Source: Patescibacteria group bacterium
Lineage (GTDB): Bacteria > Patescibacteriota > WWE3 > UBA101185 > UBA10185
Reading direction: 5' to 3'
Assembly: GCA_049322215.1 (NCBI GenBank)
Contig: JBMORU010000001.1
Coordinates: 755 to 64,754, forward strand
Length of the DNA stretch: 64,000 nt
The position numbers were made by a program, and so were the translations under genes. Shown here one piece after another: positions 1-10,694 of this stretch (the stretch's first letter is position 1; every line of letters begins with the position of its first letter). Below the pieces are notes generated by a model. It was not told the DNA's origin. It saw only the letters and a program-made list of their open reading frames with translations, and searched no databases.

Positions 1-3000
1 AAAAGCTGCGTCTAGCGAGGGTGCTTCTGCTCTTTTTGGAAAAGAAAGTAATGCTTTTTTAAATGATGGGCTAGGTGGATATTGGAAAATGGACGACAGC
101 AGCGTTGATGCCGAAGGTGAAATCAGTACGGATTCTTCAGGAAATGGCAACTCCGGTACGCTCTATGGAGACAACTCCACCGGAGATAACGGTACTGGGA
201 TGGATTGTACAGTATCCGGTAAATTTGGGACTGGGTGTGATTTTGACGGAACAGATGACGAAGTTGATGTCTCTGATAGCACATCACTGCATCTGCAATA
301 TGGGGGTGAGATCACACTAGCGGCTTGGATTAAAACATCTGACTCTTCAGGAAATATCATTGATAAAAGTGCAGGAAATGGAACCAATCGATACGGGTTA
401 GGACTTAACTCAGGCTTACTTAGAGCGGCTTTTGTAGCAACAGATTATTCAGGAGACAATAACATTACAGCTTATGGCAGTACAAGTGTAAATGATGGGA
501 ATTGGCATCACGTTGCCATTACATACGAATACGCAACACAAGCTGTTAAATTTTATGTTGACGGTAATTATGAAATTGAAGACACAGTAGCCCCAAGCGA
601 ATCTCTTGGGACTTCAATAGATGCTCTTACTATTGGTGAGAGCCTTCAAGGGCAAGTCGATGAAGCTCGTATATATAATAGAGCACTTTCCTCTAGTGAA
701 GTACAAAACCTCTACGCCTGGGCACCGGAACCCGCGGCTTACTACTCATTTGATGAAAACACAGGCACATCAACAATAAATGACAAGTCGGGCAACAGCT
801 ATAACGGTAGCTTCACAAGTATGAACGAATCATTGTGGACAACAGGTAAATATGGTGCGGGTTTAAGTTTTGATGGTTCTATGCGTATCGTTGGAACAGA
901 CCCGATAGTAAACAACTACCCATTTTCAGTTACAGGTTGGGTAAAGTACACCGCTTCAGGCGCAACCACAGTGTTATTCGGTATAGGAAATTCAGCAAGC
1001 ACAACAGGTTACTACGAAATTCAGGGTACAGGAGCTGGAGGTATTAGAGCTCTTTCTAATAACGGTTCTGATAACTACACAGGTTCTAATACAGCGTATA
1101 ACGATGGTCAATGGCACCATGTTGCTATGATATGGGCAAGTGCTACGGATAGAAAATTTTATATTGACGGCACACTGGATGGAACATCCACCTCAAGTGT
1201 GGCGTTTCAATCTTCGGTAAATCGGTGGAAAATAGGAGAACGTGCCAGTAATTCAACATGCTGCCGATGGAACGGATATGCGGATGAAATAAAAGTATAT
1301 AACTACGCGCTTACTCCAGGACAAATCATACGGGATATGAATGCAGGGCATCCGCTTGGGGGCTCACCAGTAGGATCTCAAATTGCATACTGGAGTTTTG
1401 ATGAAATGTACGGAGATACAGCAAACGATAGCGTTGGTGACATTGAAGGAGACTTAGGAAACACCGATACTACCTGTCCTGCAACTGGAGCAGACTGCCC
1501 AGTTTGGACACCTAATGGCAAAATCAATGGCGCATTAGACTTCAATGGTACTGATGACAATGTATATGTAAACACCCCTAACAATTCGGGTCCTTTATTT
1601 TTGGAAGAAAAACTAACCATTTCTGCCTGGATAAAAGCAGATGACTCGGAAATTGCCGGCACACAATTAGCTGTAGCGAAACAAGCGTCGTCATATCAAA
1701 TTCATTATGCACTTGGGATTGTAAATAATACTGCATATTTTCGTATAGGAGATGCAAGCACTAGTGTAACATTAAATGGCACCACAGATATTTCTAGTGG
1801 AGGAAGCACTTGGTATCATTTGGCAGGTACTTGGGATATAGACATCGATGGGGGTGCAGTTAATCTGTATGTAAACGGTAAGGTTGAAGACACAGACTAT
1901 CGCACAACAGAAATAAGTACGTGGCAAGATCTATACATAGGGGGTGCAGATGATGGTACCGTATCAAATTTTAATGGCTTAATTGATGAGGTTAAAATAT
2001 ATGGTACTTCTCTAACAGCAGAACAAATCCTCATCGACATGAATTCTAACGCAGCAGCCGACTTTGGCGCTAAAACAAACGAAGCTGCAAGCTTAGAAGA
2101 CGGCGCCGGAAACGACCCAGTTGGCCGTTGGAACTTTAACGAAAACACAGGCACAAGTGCAAACGACACCACAGGCAGTGGAAACTTAGGTACATTAAGT
2201 GGTGCCACATGGACTACAGGTGCTCCAGGAAAAAGCACAGCCCTAGTGTTTGATGGAAGTGATGATTATGTAGAAATAGGCACAGACAGTAAAGTAGATA
2301 ATAGCGCACAAGGTAGTATAACAGCATGGGTTTATCCACATGACATGACCGCCACAAACAGGGCCATATTTGGATTTGGTGGCGCAGCTACAGGATTTGC
2401 AGGTAGATTAGAGTTTTATACATATAACGGAGGTCTATTTATTTCACAAAATACTAATGGTGCAACACAAAACTGGATACGAACAAATTACAGCCAATTA
2501 ACCACCAACAATTGGCACCATGTTGCAGTAACAAGTGATGGGGCAGCTTGGAAACTTTACATAAACGGAGTAGAACAAACTACTCTATTGGGTGCAGGGT
2601 CAAATAATGGTAATTGGTTTAGTGATACCACCGCTACAGCACCCGTGCACACAACTATTGGCAGAATTTTTCATAACGGGACATGGAAAGAACCTTACTA
2701 CGGAAAAATAGATGAAGTAACCTTATACGATTACGAACTTTCCCCTGCTCAAGTAGCCTACAACTACAATAGAGGAGCTCCCATTGGCTGGTGGCAGTTT
2801 GATGAGTGTCAAGGTGCAGTAGCCTACGATGCAAGTGGTAACAGTAACAATGGTTCAATAACCATCGGAGCTACAGGAGATAACACTTCCACAGGTACTT
2901 GTTCATCGGGCACTAGTACCGAAGCTTGGAATAACGGTACCACAGGTAAATTTAACGGAAGCTTAGACTTTGATGGTACAGATGATGCTGTTAGTTCAAC

Positions 3001-3535
3001 TACTCTATCAGGCGATCTTGATGATTTATCCGAGTTAAGTGTTTGCATGTGGGTATACAACATTGGCTCAGATACAGACTATGGCTACTTTGATAATTTG
3101 AATGGCGGTGGTGGTGGTTTTGTACTCATGCGTGATGAGAGCGGAAGTACAAGTGGTAGAACTGATACCTACAAAGTGTATATCTCTGAAGCAAGTGGGG
3201 GTGACACAGTACATCTAGAAGGAAACAACAGTATTGCTCAAATCAACACATGGACACATATATGTGGTGTTTACAGAGAAAACAATGTGTCCGGTTTACG
3301 GTTGTATGTTAATGGGAAAGAAGATACGTTTAGCCCTGTTAGTACGGTTGGAGTTACTAACATAGACAGCAGTGGTACTACTGCCTACATTGGAAGAAGA
3401 CAGGGGGGAGACTATCATAGCGGACAAATTGACGACGTTCGAATATACAACTATGCCCTATCACAAACACAAATACAAAACATAATAAATAACGCAGCTG
3501 CTGCAAGATTTGGACCAAACACTGGCAGTCCATAA
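1..3535 (+). CDS. Giant secreted surface protein with at least 5 tandem Concanavalin A-like lectin/LamG (Laminin_G_3) repeats. It is 5'-partial: the reading frame is open from nt 2 to the window edge.
   Basis: Repeating module about 200 aa long carrying the motifs WxFDE..G(T/D)xxxDxSGNgN.G, FDGTDDYV, NWHHVA(V/I)T and IDEV(R/K)IYN(Y)AL(S/T). The in-frame translation upstream of the ATG at 89 (KAASSEGASALFGKESNAFLNDGLGGYWKMDD) matches an internal linker motif of the downstream paralog, so the true start is outside the window. Confidence 0.8.
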   Translation, partial: KAASSEGASALFGKESNAFLNDGLGGYWKMDDSSVDAEGEISTDSSGNGNSGTLYGDNSTGDNGTGMDCTVSGKFGTGCDFDGTDDEVDVSDSTSLHLQYGGEITLAAWIKTSDSSGNIIDKSAGNGTNRYGLGLNSGLLRAAFVATDYSGDNNITAYGSTSVNDGNWHHVAITYEYATQAVKFYVDGNYEIEDTVAPSESLGTSIDALTIGESLQGQVDEARIYNRALSSSEVQNLYAWAPEPAAYYSFDENTGTSTINDKSGNSYNGSFTSMNESLWTTGKYGAGLSFDGSMRIVGTDPIVNNYPFSVTGWVKYTASGATTVLFGIGNSASTTGYYEIQGTGAGGIRALSNNGSDNYTGSNTAYNDGQWHHVAMIWASATDRKFYIDGTLDGTSTSSVAFQSSVNRWKIGERASNSTCCRWNGYADEIKVYNYALTPGQIIRDMNAGHPLGGSPVGSQIAYWSFDEMYGDTANDSVGDIEGDLGNTDTTCPATGADCPVWTPNGKINGALDFNGTDDNVYVNTPNNSGPLFLEEKLTISAWIKADDSEIAGTQLAVAKQASSYQIHYALGIVNNTAYFRIGDASTSVTLNGTTDISSGGSTWYHLAGTWDIDIDGGAVNLYVNGKVEDTDYRTTEISTWQDLYIGGADDGTVSNFNGLIDEVKIYGTSLTAEQILIDMNSNAAADFGAKTNEAASLEDGAGNDPVGRWNFNENTGTSANDTTGSGNLGTLSGATWTTGAPGKSTALVFDGSDDYVEIGTDSKVDNSAQGSITAWVYPHDMTATNRAIFGFGGAATGFAGRLEFYTYNGGLFISQNTNGATQNWIRTNYSQLTTNNWHHVAVTSDGAAWKLYINGVEQTTLLGAGSNNGNWFSDTTATAPVHTTIGRIFHNGTWKEPYYGKIDEVTLYDYELSPAQVAYNYNRGAPIGWWQFDECQGAVAYDASGNSNNGSITIGATGDNTSTGTCSSGTSTEAWNNGTTGKFNGSLDFDGTDDAVSSTTLSGDLDDLSELSVCMWVYNIGSDTDYGYFDNLNGGGGGFVLMRDESGSTSGRTDTYKVYISEASGGDTVHLEGNNSIAQINTWTHICGVYRENNVSGLRLYVNGKEDTFSPVSTVGVTNIDSSGTTAYIGRRQGGDYHSGQIDDVRIYNYALSQTQIQNIINNAAAARFGPNTGSP

Positions 3536-3607
3536 AGAATGTATTTGTGTCATTCTTTCGCATATGGATGCATACAACAAATTTAACTAAAATAAACAAG
3601 TATCTCA

Positions 3608-6600
3608 ATGATTAAAAAAACTATCACCAAAATTAAAAAGACACTTAAAGTAAATAAAAAAAGAGTACTTCCTTTTTTTCTTGGTGCCCTGATAATACTA
3701 CTACCTTTAGTTTATTTGACGATTAAAAATCCAAAAGAAGCACAAGCACAGTGGTTTAATGATGGCTGGGCATACAGAATTAAACTTCCTGTTACTAACA
3801 ATACAACCACCGAATCTGATGTATATATATCCTTTACAGGTGCTGATGTATTAGACACCTCTGCAACTGGCAGATTTCAGGCAGACTGTGGTGACATACG
3901 TTTTACAAAAAGAAATGGGCAGTTACTTCCCTACTACATAAATTCTGGATGTGGCACCTCAAGTACAGATATTGATGTATATTTCGAAGAATTTCCTTCT
4001 GGAACACAAGACATTTACATGTATTATGGCAACCCAAGTGTACAAAATGGGTTTGAAGCATCTGCTTTTGCCTCTTCAGTAGACTCTATAGAAATCCAAA
4101 GAAACACGGCAGATGTAAGTGCTAGCAGCGAAACACAAACTGCTCCAACTAACTTTACAGCATTCGGATCTCTTACAAGTGCCTTTGTGCTTAACTTAAA
4201 CAATCGCCGTCAAAATGCGGGATCTACAACCTCTGCCACTAACGAAAGAGTAAATCAACTCTCCGGGCGAATTGAACTTACTGCCACAGATACAATAACT
4301 TTTTCAAGAAGTTTTGGTGACAACGATGATCATAGGTTTTCCTGGGAATCATGGGAATATACAGGTTCTTCAGGAAATAGTGAATTTATTGTTAGATCAA
4401 GAAATACAGTTACTTTAAGTGCAGTTGAGTCAGCCACTGCAACACTTGACACTACACCAACCGATATAAATAACGTAATCCCTTTTATCACTGGAATTGG
4501 TTGCGATTTAAGCGGAACAGCCTCTACTTGTGGTACAGCTGTAGCGTGGATTTCAGGAACTAATACACTAAACGTAGAGCGCGGTGACGGCACCGCTGAA
4601 AATGTAACTGTACAGGTTGTTTCAGTAGAATTCACAGGATCTGACTGGCAAGTAGCACATGGAGACTCAGGGGACGTTTCTGCAGACTCAGGAACAATTA
4701 CCATAGTAGATAATGCAGATGGCACTACTGCAGGCGGTGGAGATATAAGCGACTGGAGTACTGCTGTAATATTTCATCAAACAAAAGGAGACAGTAATGC
4801 AACTAATGTTGCAATTGCCGATACATCAGCAACCTATCGCCCAAACGCTAATACTAATCAAGTGGATTGGGCATTTAATACAGATCATGACTCGGCTGGA
4901 GATAATAGGCATTTTGTGCATGTCTTAAAAAACCCATACATGACGGTAACACGTTTTACTGACACCGGGGCACTTCAAGGAGCCAATAATGTAGACATAA
5001 CTTCTGCTGGAATAACGGATCTATCTACAACGGCTTCAGAAATTTCATGTACTAGCTCGGGAACAGGTACCGCGTTTGGGCGAGGGTGGAAAAATGGGCG
5101 TATAACAAGTACGACAAACTATGAACACTGGACACACCGGTCAGGAAATACAATTGACTGTGCTATTCAAATTATTGATTTGTCTGGAATAGTTGGAAGC
5201 GCAGGCCTTGGAAGTGCCGCGTCCAACTTTACCATGGGCACATCTGGCTCAGAAGAAAAAGGATCTGGCCCTGTTGGGTACTGGAGATTTAACGAAGGTG
5301 CGGACAATACTTGTCCTAATAATGGCAAAGACGCCTGTGATTCAACTTCAAGAAAAAATGATGCAGCCTTTGGTGCTAGTACAGCAGCGCCCACATGGCA
5401 ACTTCAAAATGCTTGTATATTTGGTAAATGTCTTTTATTTGATGGTAGTGATGATGTAGCCACAGTTACAAATACTAACCCAATAGATTTTGATATTGGC
5501 CTTGAGGGTGGGTTTAGTGTAGTTGCTTGGGTGAAAGCCAGCTCAGACGGAGAAAATGACGTAGGTCAAATTTTTCAAAAAGGCACGAATACATATTTGC
5601 GAATTGATTCCGAAGGGAGCGATGGTTTAGCTGATTTGGAATTTAACCTTGATCTTGCAACTACAGATGCCAACGTTAATATAGCAAACGGCATTACTTT
5701 GAACACATGGCATCATGTAACAGTAACCCACGATGGAACAAGTACCATAACTGTTTACATAGACGGGAAAAATTTGGGTTCAAATACAGGATCGGGCACT
5801 ATGGTCTCTGATGCAAATGACTTGCTTATTGGTGGAACAACTACTGCTAATTTTCATGGATTTATTGATGAATTTAAAATTTTTAACTATGAAAGAGCAG
5901 CTAACAAAGTTAAAACCGATGCTATTAGGGGTGCTTCTGCAGACGGCGCATCTGCTGCTTTTGGCAATGAAAACAAAAATTTTCTTAACGAAGGACTTGT
6001 TGGGTATTGGGACATGGATGAAACAACAGGTGGCATAAATGACTCGTCAGGAGGAAGTAATAATCTTGTTAACCACGGAGCTACATCCTTTGTTGCGGGA
6101 AAATTTGGCAATGGTGGTGACTTTGAATCAGGCAGTTCACAATTTTTTACAGAAGGAAGTACCTCAACGCCAGCGTATGTCAATTCTACACAAAGTGATA
6201 TAACAGCCAGTGGAAATAAAAACATACCTATTCCCAGTGGAACAAGCGTGGGAGATCGCCTTATAGTGAATGTTTCAGGAAACGGAGATGGTCTTGGAAG
6301 CTATTTGACACTTAATAGCGTACCTACAGGATGGACACAAATTGGTAGCACTCAAACATATGATGGAGCCAGCTATAGTGTGGGACAAATTGTATTAACA
6401 GGAATTTATGATGGCACAACCCCTACCATGAATGTATCAATACCTAATGATCCCGATGCGAATCTTATAGTAGGAGCATATTCAAATGCAGATAAAGTAG
6501 ACACTTATATTCAAAATATACAAACTACAGCAAGTACTGTTCATACTACCACTGCAATTACACCAAATGTTGGTGGTGGAGCTCTTCTTGTTGCTATGTG

Positions 6601-9600
6601 GTCTGGAGGTGCAAATATTATTACGGGTACTGCTACAGATGGGAGCTTTACAGAAAGACATGATTACGAGTATTGGGGGCATAACTTTTTATCTACATAC
6701 TACCAAAGCACAGCTGCTGCGGTTCAGGCACAAATGACAGATGACACTGGAGAAGAAACCGCATACACAGTGATGTCTATTTATCCTGCAGGTACAGCTT
6801 CGTCTGCTTTAAGTAATTCAGGAAGCACTACCGTTAGCGCATGGATAAAACCAGAATCGACTACAGCAAGTACTCAATATAATATTGCAGGCAAGTGGGA
6901 TAGTGGTAATGAAGGATATTTACTAGCCCAATATGGTGATGAAATTAGGATGTATATAGGATCAGCTTCTAATTACGTACAAACGTCGGCAACTAATCTC
7001 GCTACGGGCACATGGTATCACGTTGTCGGTTCTTATGACGCTTCTACACAAACAGTAGAAATATATGTTGATGGCGCAAAACAAACAAGCACTGTAACGG
7101 GCACAATACCCTCTTCACTAGCTAATACAGGAGGCCTGTTTCATATTGGGGCGGCTAATTCAGCCGGTACAGCAGATAACTTTTACGATGGTGTTATTGA
7201 TGAAGTGCGCGTATATAGTAGATCATTTTCTCTAGGAGAGGTAAAAGATGTATACAACTGGGCACCAGGACCGGTGGCGTATTGGACGTTGGATGAAAAT
7301 ACAGGAACTACTGCATACGATCAAAGCGGTAATGACTTTAAAGGAAATATGCCCGCAGCGCTTACAGCACCATCTTTTAGAAGCTATACGGAAGAGGTAG
7401 GAAGTTTTAATGACTTTATAACTATAAATAAACCAGCAGGAACTGTAGACGACGATATCATGATTGCAATTATTTATAAAGAAAATAGCGGTGATTTAAC
7501 AGTAGTACCATCTGGATGGACGCTACTTGATCGTGAAACCCCTGCCTCCGACCACGATACACATATTTATTGGAAGCGCGCCAGTTCAGAAGGAGCAAGC
7601 TACACATGGGAATGGGTCAGCAGCGACTGGACACTCGGAGTAATAATTTCATATAGCGGTGCTATTATGAGTGGAAGTCCCATAGATACATACTCTGCCA
7701 ACAGCTCTACCACAGGAACAACAATAACAGCAACAAGTGTTACAACAACTGTAGATAATACAACGGTTTTGGCAGTAGCAACACATTGGAGCGCAACTTC
7801 GGGGAGCTGGACTGGACCTTCAGGATACACAGCACGAGCAGATATAAATACTATCCGCCCCGCAGATAAAACTCAAGCGTCGGCAGGCGCAACTGGAGAT
7901 GCAGTTACCACAACCTCTTCTGGAAGTGAATCATGGACTGCGCATTTGATAGCACTTAAACCACCTGCTGCAGGAGCGCCTGCATGGGTACCTGGTAAGT
8001 TTGGGAGTGCCTTAAAATTTGACGGGTCGCAAGACTATATTGATGTTGGAACAGGCCCCTCTCAAACAAACACTGTAAGTTTTTGGGTAAACCCGACTAC
8101 CACAACAGAATATCCAATAGATTTAAATGGGACGGCCTATGTATGGTTTAACGCAGGCACAGTTACCGCCCAAGGATTTACTTCACCAACTATTTATGTA
8201 AACGGAATTGAGTCAAGTTCTATAGCCGCCAACACATGGAGTCATGTTGCTATAACCACTCAAACTGCCCTAAATGCATCAGATATGGATATTGGTCGGA
8301 TTGAAGGTGTTGGTTTCCATGAAGGCATCATAGACGATGTACGCATTTACGATTATGCTCGAACCTCAGGACAAATCATCGAAGACATGAACGGCGGACA
8401 CCCCTTGGGAGGGTCGCCTGTTGGCTCACAAATACATCGTTGGAAATTTGATGAAATGCAGGGAGATACAGCATACGATCCAATTGGAAATAACAATGGA
8501 AACCTCAGAGGAGCTTGCCCTGGAGCCTCAACATGCCCCACCTGGACATCCTCAGGTAAGATTAATGGCGCGCTTAATTTTAATCCAGCAGACGATGAAG
8601 ACGTAGTAATTACCACACCATCTAACATTGATACAACAGGAGATAGCAAAGGAACGATTACCTTTTGGATGCAGCCCGATTGGAACTCCAGCACAACTTC
8701 AACCGAATATATGATTCTGGGATCTTATGATGCAGTAACAACAGGAGATGGTCTTGCTCTTTTCTTTTGTGGGCCTAGCACTGGCTGCTCTACTGCGGGT
8801 GAATTAGTTTTTTATGCAGCTGACAGTGCAGCTAGACAATCAAATGTTTACATAAGTAATAGCAATCTTTCTTGGGCTGCAGACGACTGGGTGCATGTAG
8901 CCTTAGTTTGGGATGACACACTTACAACTGACAGCATGAGAATTTTTATTAACGGTGTAGAACCACCTCACGGCGCAAACACACCAGCGAATCTCGATTT
9001 ATCTGCCTTATCAATACCTTCAACAATGAATATTGGAAATATATTTACAGGCTATACAAACAGTTTTGATGGCTCAATTGATGACTTTAAAGTATATAAT
9101 GATACGCTAACTGAAGATCAAATAAGAATTGATATGAATGCTAATGCTGCAGTTAACTTTAGCGTTGGAAACAACGAAGAAGCAGATATAGTAGACGGCA
9201 CAGGAAACCCACCAATTGGTTGGTGGAAATTAGACGAAAATACGGGTACCACAACAGTTTTCGACTCTTCAGGAAACAACAATAATGGCACTATGCAAGA
9301 CCTCAATGAATCAGATTGGTTTCCAGGAGTGTACGGAAGTGCCTTATATTTTGATGGCATAAATACAGCAGGAAATGAAGATGTGGTAGATATTTATTCA
9401 AGCAACTTTGCGTCACAGTTTAATACATCTGCAGGTACATTGTCAGCATGGGTAAAAATGAAAGATGCCGCTACATGGACCGACGGCAACGAGTACAATG
9501 CAGTTACTATTAGAGCAGATTCAAGTAATTTAGTAGTTATAGATAAAGACAATGTATCAAGCTTATTGCGAGTTTCATACGAGGCAGGCGCTACTGCAGA

Positions 9601-10618
9601 AACAGTAACTTATTCAACCACAACTACAGATTGGATTCACCTAGCTATAACATGGGACACAACAGCTGACGAAGTAAGACACTATTTTAACGGCGTGCTG
9701 CAACAAACAGACACAGGATTAGGTACTTGGGTGGGAGCTTTAAGCTCATCAAACGTAGTAATAGGTGGAAACGATACTTCTGGAAATGAACCTTGGCAAG
9801 GCTGGATTGATGATGTGAAAGTATATGATTATGCAAGAACCCAAGCGCAAATTGTATACGATTACAATCGAGGAGAACCTGCAGGTTGGTGGAAGTTTGA
9901 TGAGTGTCAAGGAACCACAGTGCATGACGCCAGCGGTAATGGGAATGACGGAACAGTAACAATAGGCGCTACAGGAGGAAACACCTCGGCAGGAACTTGT
10001 TCTTCAGGAACCAGTACGGAGGCATGGAATAACGGCACCACAGGTAAACTAAACTCAAGCTTGGATTTTGATGGAACTGATGATTATGTATCTATTGCTA
10101 ATGGCGACACGCAGTTTGACCACGGCACTGGTGATTTTTCTCATATGGCTTGGGTAAAAACCACACAAGATTGTACCGGAAATAAAATCTATGTAAGCCA
10201 AAGACAAGATACAAGACCTAATATTTGGATTGGGTGTACTCAGTCTGGCGGTATTGGCGTAGCCGCAGCAGACACAGATTCCAGTAGTACAGGAGTTTCT
10301 AGTTTTCCTGGAACAATACAAATCAATGACGGTAATTGGCACCATATTGCTCTCACAAAACAAGGACACAGCAGCGCTACAGTAAAATTATATGTCGACG
10401 GCATTTTAGATGCCACTATAACCCCGGCGTTTTCAGGAACATTTGATTTTACAGAGAATAAGTTTTCTATAGGAAGATTTGAATTATCACCTTATTATTA
10501 TGCCGACGCACAAATTGACGATGTTAGAGTTTATAGATACGCACTCTCACCAGATCAAATACTTAAAGTAATGAACGAAGGGTCTGCCCGCTTTGGTCCC
10601 GAAACAGGGCCCCCATAG
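3608..10618 (+). CDS. Giant (2336 aa) secreted protein with a signal peptide/N-terminal anchor, a DUF2341 N-domain and about 9 LamG/ConA-like repeats. Paralog of the upstream gene.
   Basis: The N-terminus MIKK..FFLGALIILLPLVYL..AQAQW is signal-peptide-like. WAYRIKLPVTNNTT...DCGDIRFT...LLPYYI...YMYYGNP matches the DUF2341 pattern. Repeated FDG(S/T)DDY.., NWHHVA/TWHHV and IDE(V/F)(R/K)(V/I)(Y/F)N motifs follow. The C-terminus is near-identical to that of gene 1 (ARFGPETGPP vs ARFGPNTGSP). Confidence 0.8.
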   Translation: MIKKTITKIKKTLKVNKKRVLPFFLGALIILLPLVYLTIKNPKEAQAQWFNDGWAYRIKLPVTNNTTTESDVYISFTGADVLDTSATGRFQADCGDIRFTKRNGQLLPYYINSGCGTSSTDIDVYFEEFPSGTQDIYMYYGNPSVQNGFEASAFASSVDSIEIQRNTADVSASSETQTAPTNFTAFGSLTSAFVLNLNNRRQNAGSTTSATNERVNQLSGRIELTATDTITFSRSFGDNDDHRFSWESWEYTGSSGNSEFIVRSRNTVTLSAVESATATLDTTPTDINNVIPFITGIGCDLSGTASTCGTAVAWISGTNTLNVERGDGTAENVTVQVVSVEFTGSDWQVAHGDSGDVSADSGTITIVDNADGTTAGGGDISDWSTAVIFHQTKGDSNATNVAIADTSATYRPNANTNQVDWAFNTDHDSAGDNRHFVHVLKNPYMTVTRFTDTGALQGANNVDITSAGITDLSTTASEISCTSSGTGTAFGRGWKNGRITSTTNYEHWTHRSGNTIDCAIQIIDLSGIVGSAGLGSAASNFTMGTSGSEEKGSGPVGYWRFNEGADNTCPNNGKDACDSTSRKNDAAFGASTAAPTWQLQNACIFGKCLLFDGSDDVATVTNTNPIDFDIGLEGGFSVVAWVKASSDGENDVGQIFQKGTNTYLRIDSEGSDGLADLEFNLDLATTDANVNIANGITLNTWHHVTVTHDGTSTITVYIDGKNLGSNTGSGTMVSDANDLLIGGTTTANFHGFIDEFKIFNYERAANKVKTDAIRGASADGASAAFGNENKNFLNEGLVGYWDMDETTGGINDSSGGSNNLVNHGATSFVAGKFGNGGDFESGSSQFFTEGSTSTPAYVNSTQSDITASGNKNIPIPSGTSVGDRLIVNVSGNGDGLGSYLTLNSVPTGWTQIGSTQTYDGASYSVGQIVLTGIYDGTTPTMNVSIPNDPDANLIVGAYSNADKVDTYIQNIQTTASTVHTTTAITPNVGGGALLVAMWSGGANIITGTATDGSFTERHDYEYWGHNFLSTYYQSTAAAVQAQMTDDTGEETAYTVMSIYPAGTASSALSNSGSTTVSAWIKPESTTASTQYNIAGKWDSGNEGYLLAQYGDEIRMYIGSASNYVQTSATNLATGTWYHVVGSYDASTQTVEIYVDGAKQTSTVTGTIPSSLANTGGLFHIGAANSAGTADNFYDGVIDEVRVYSRSFSLGEVKDVYNWAPGPVAYWTLDENTGTTAYDQSGNDFKGNMPAALTAPSFRSYTEEVGSFNDFITINKPAGTVDDDIMIAIIYKENSGDLTVVPSGWTLLDRETPASDHDTHIYWKRASSEGASYTWEWVSSDWTLGVIISYSGAIMSGSPIDTYSANSSTTGTTITATSVTTTVDNTTVLAVATHWSATSGSWTGPSGYTARADINTIRPADKTQASAGATGDAVTTTSSGSESWTAHLIALKPPAAGAPAWVPGKFGSALKFDGSQDYIDVGTGPSQTNTVSFWVNPTTTTEYPIDLNGTAYVWFNAGTVTAQGFTSPTIYVNGIESSSIAANTWSHVAITTQTALNASDMDIGRIEGVGFHEGIIDDVRIYDYARTSGQIIEDMNGGHPLGGSPVGSQIHRWKFDEMQGDTAYDPIGNNNGNLRGACPGASTCPTWTSSGKINGALNFNPADDEDVVITTPSNIDTTGDSKGTITFWMQPDWNSSTTSTEYMILGSYDAVTTGDGLALFFCGPSTGCSTAGELVFYAADSAARQSNVYISNSNLSWAADDWVHVALVWDDTLTTDSMRIFINGVEPPHGANTPANLDLSALSIPSTMNIGNIFTGYTNSFDGSIDDFKVYNDTLTEDQIRIDMNANAAVNFSVGNNEEADIVDGTGNPPIGWWKLDENTGTTTVFDSSGNNNNGTMQDLNESDWFPGVYGSALYFDGINTAGNEDVVDIYSSNFASQFNTSAGTLSAWVKMKDAATWTDGNEYNAVTIRADSSNLVVIDKDNVSSLLRVSYEAGATAETVTYSTTTTDWIHLAITWDTTADEVRHYFNGVLQQTDTGLGTWVGALSSSNVVIGGNDTSGNEPWQGWIDDVKVYDYARTQAQIVYDYNRGEPAGWWKFDECQGTTVHDASGNGNDGTVTIGATGGNTSAGTCSSGTSTEAWNNGTTGKLNSSLDFDGTDDYVSIANGDTQFDHGTGDFSHMAWVKTTQDCTGNKIYVSQRQDTRPNIWIGCTQSGGIGVAAADTDSSSTGVSSFPGTIQINDGNWHHIALTKQGHSSATVKLYVDGILDATITPAFSGTFDFTENKFSIGRFELSPYYYADAQIDDVRVYRYALSPDQILKVMNEGSARFGPETGPP

Positions 10619-10694
10619 CCATACTTAGGAATACATTTTCATATTTTACTTGTAGAAATTACATAAATAAGTTTGTATACTCGGGTACGTAGCC

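Noticed and set aside
3506-3535. C-terminal ARFGPNTGSP and ARFGPETGPP tails of the giant proteins looked like a PxTG sortase motif
   Set aside because: No hydrophobic segment or basic tail follows. The tail aligns with the start of the internal inter-repeat linkers (DMNxNAAxxFG...), so it is a truncated linker, not a sorting signal.
163-10369. Numerous 60-130-aa ORFs on the minus strand and in other frames inside the two giant genes (for example 163-387, 1897-2238, 4330-4725, 8353-8694, 10055-10369)
   Set aside because: These are shadow ORFs within very long, clearly coding, repeat-rich genes. They have no independent start signals.
1-10618. Diversity-generating retroelement targeting the giant lectin-fold proteins
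   Set aside because: No reverse-transcriptase gene and no template/variable repeat pair with adenine-specific mismatches was seen in the window.
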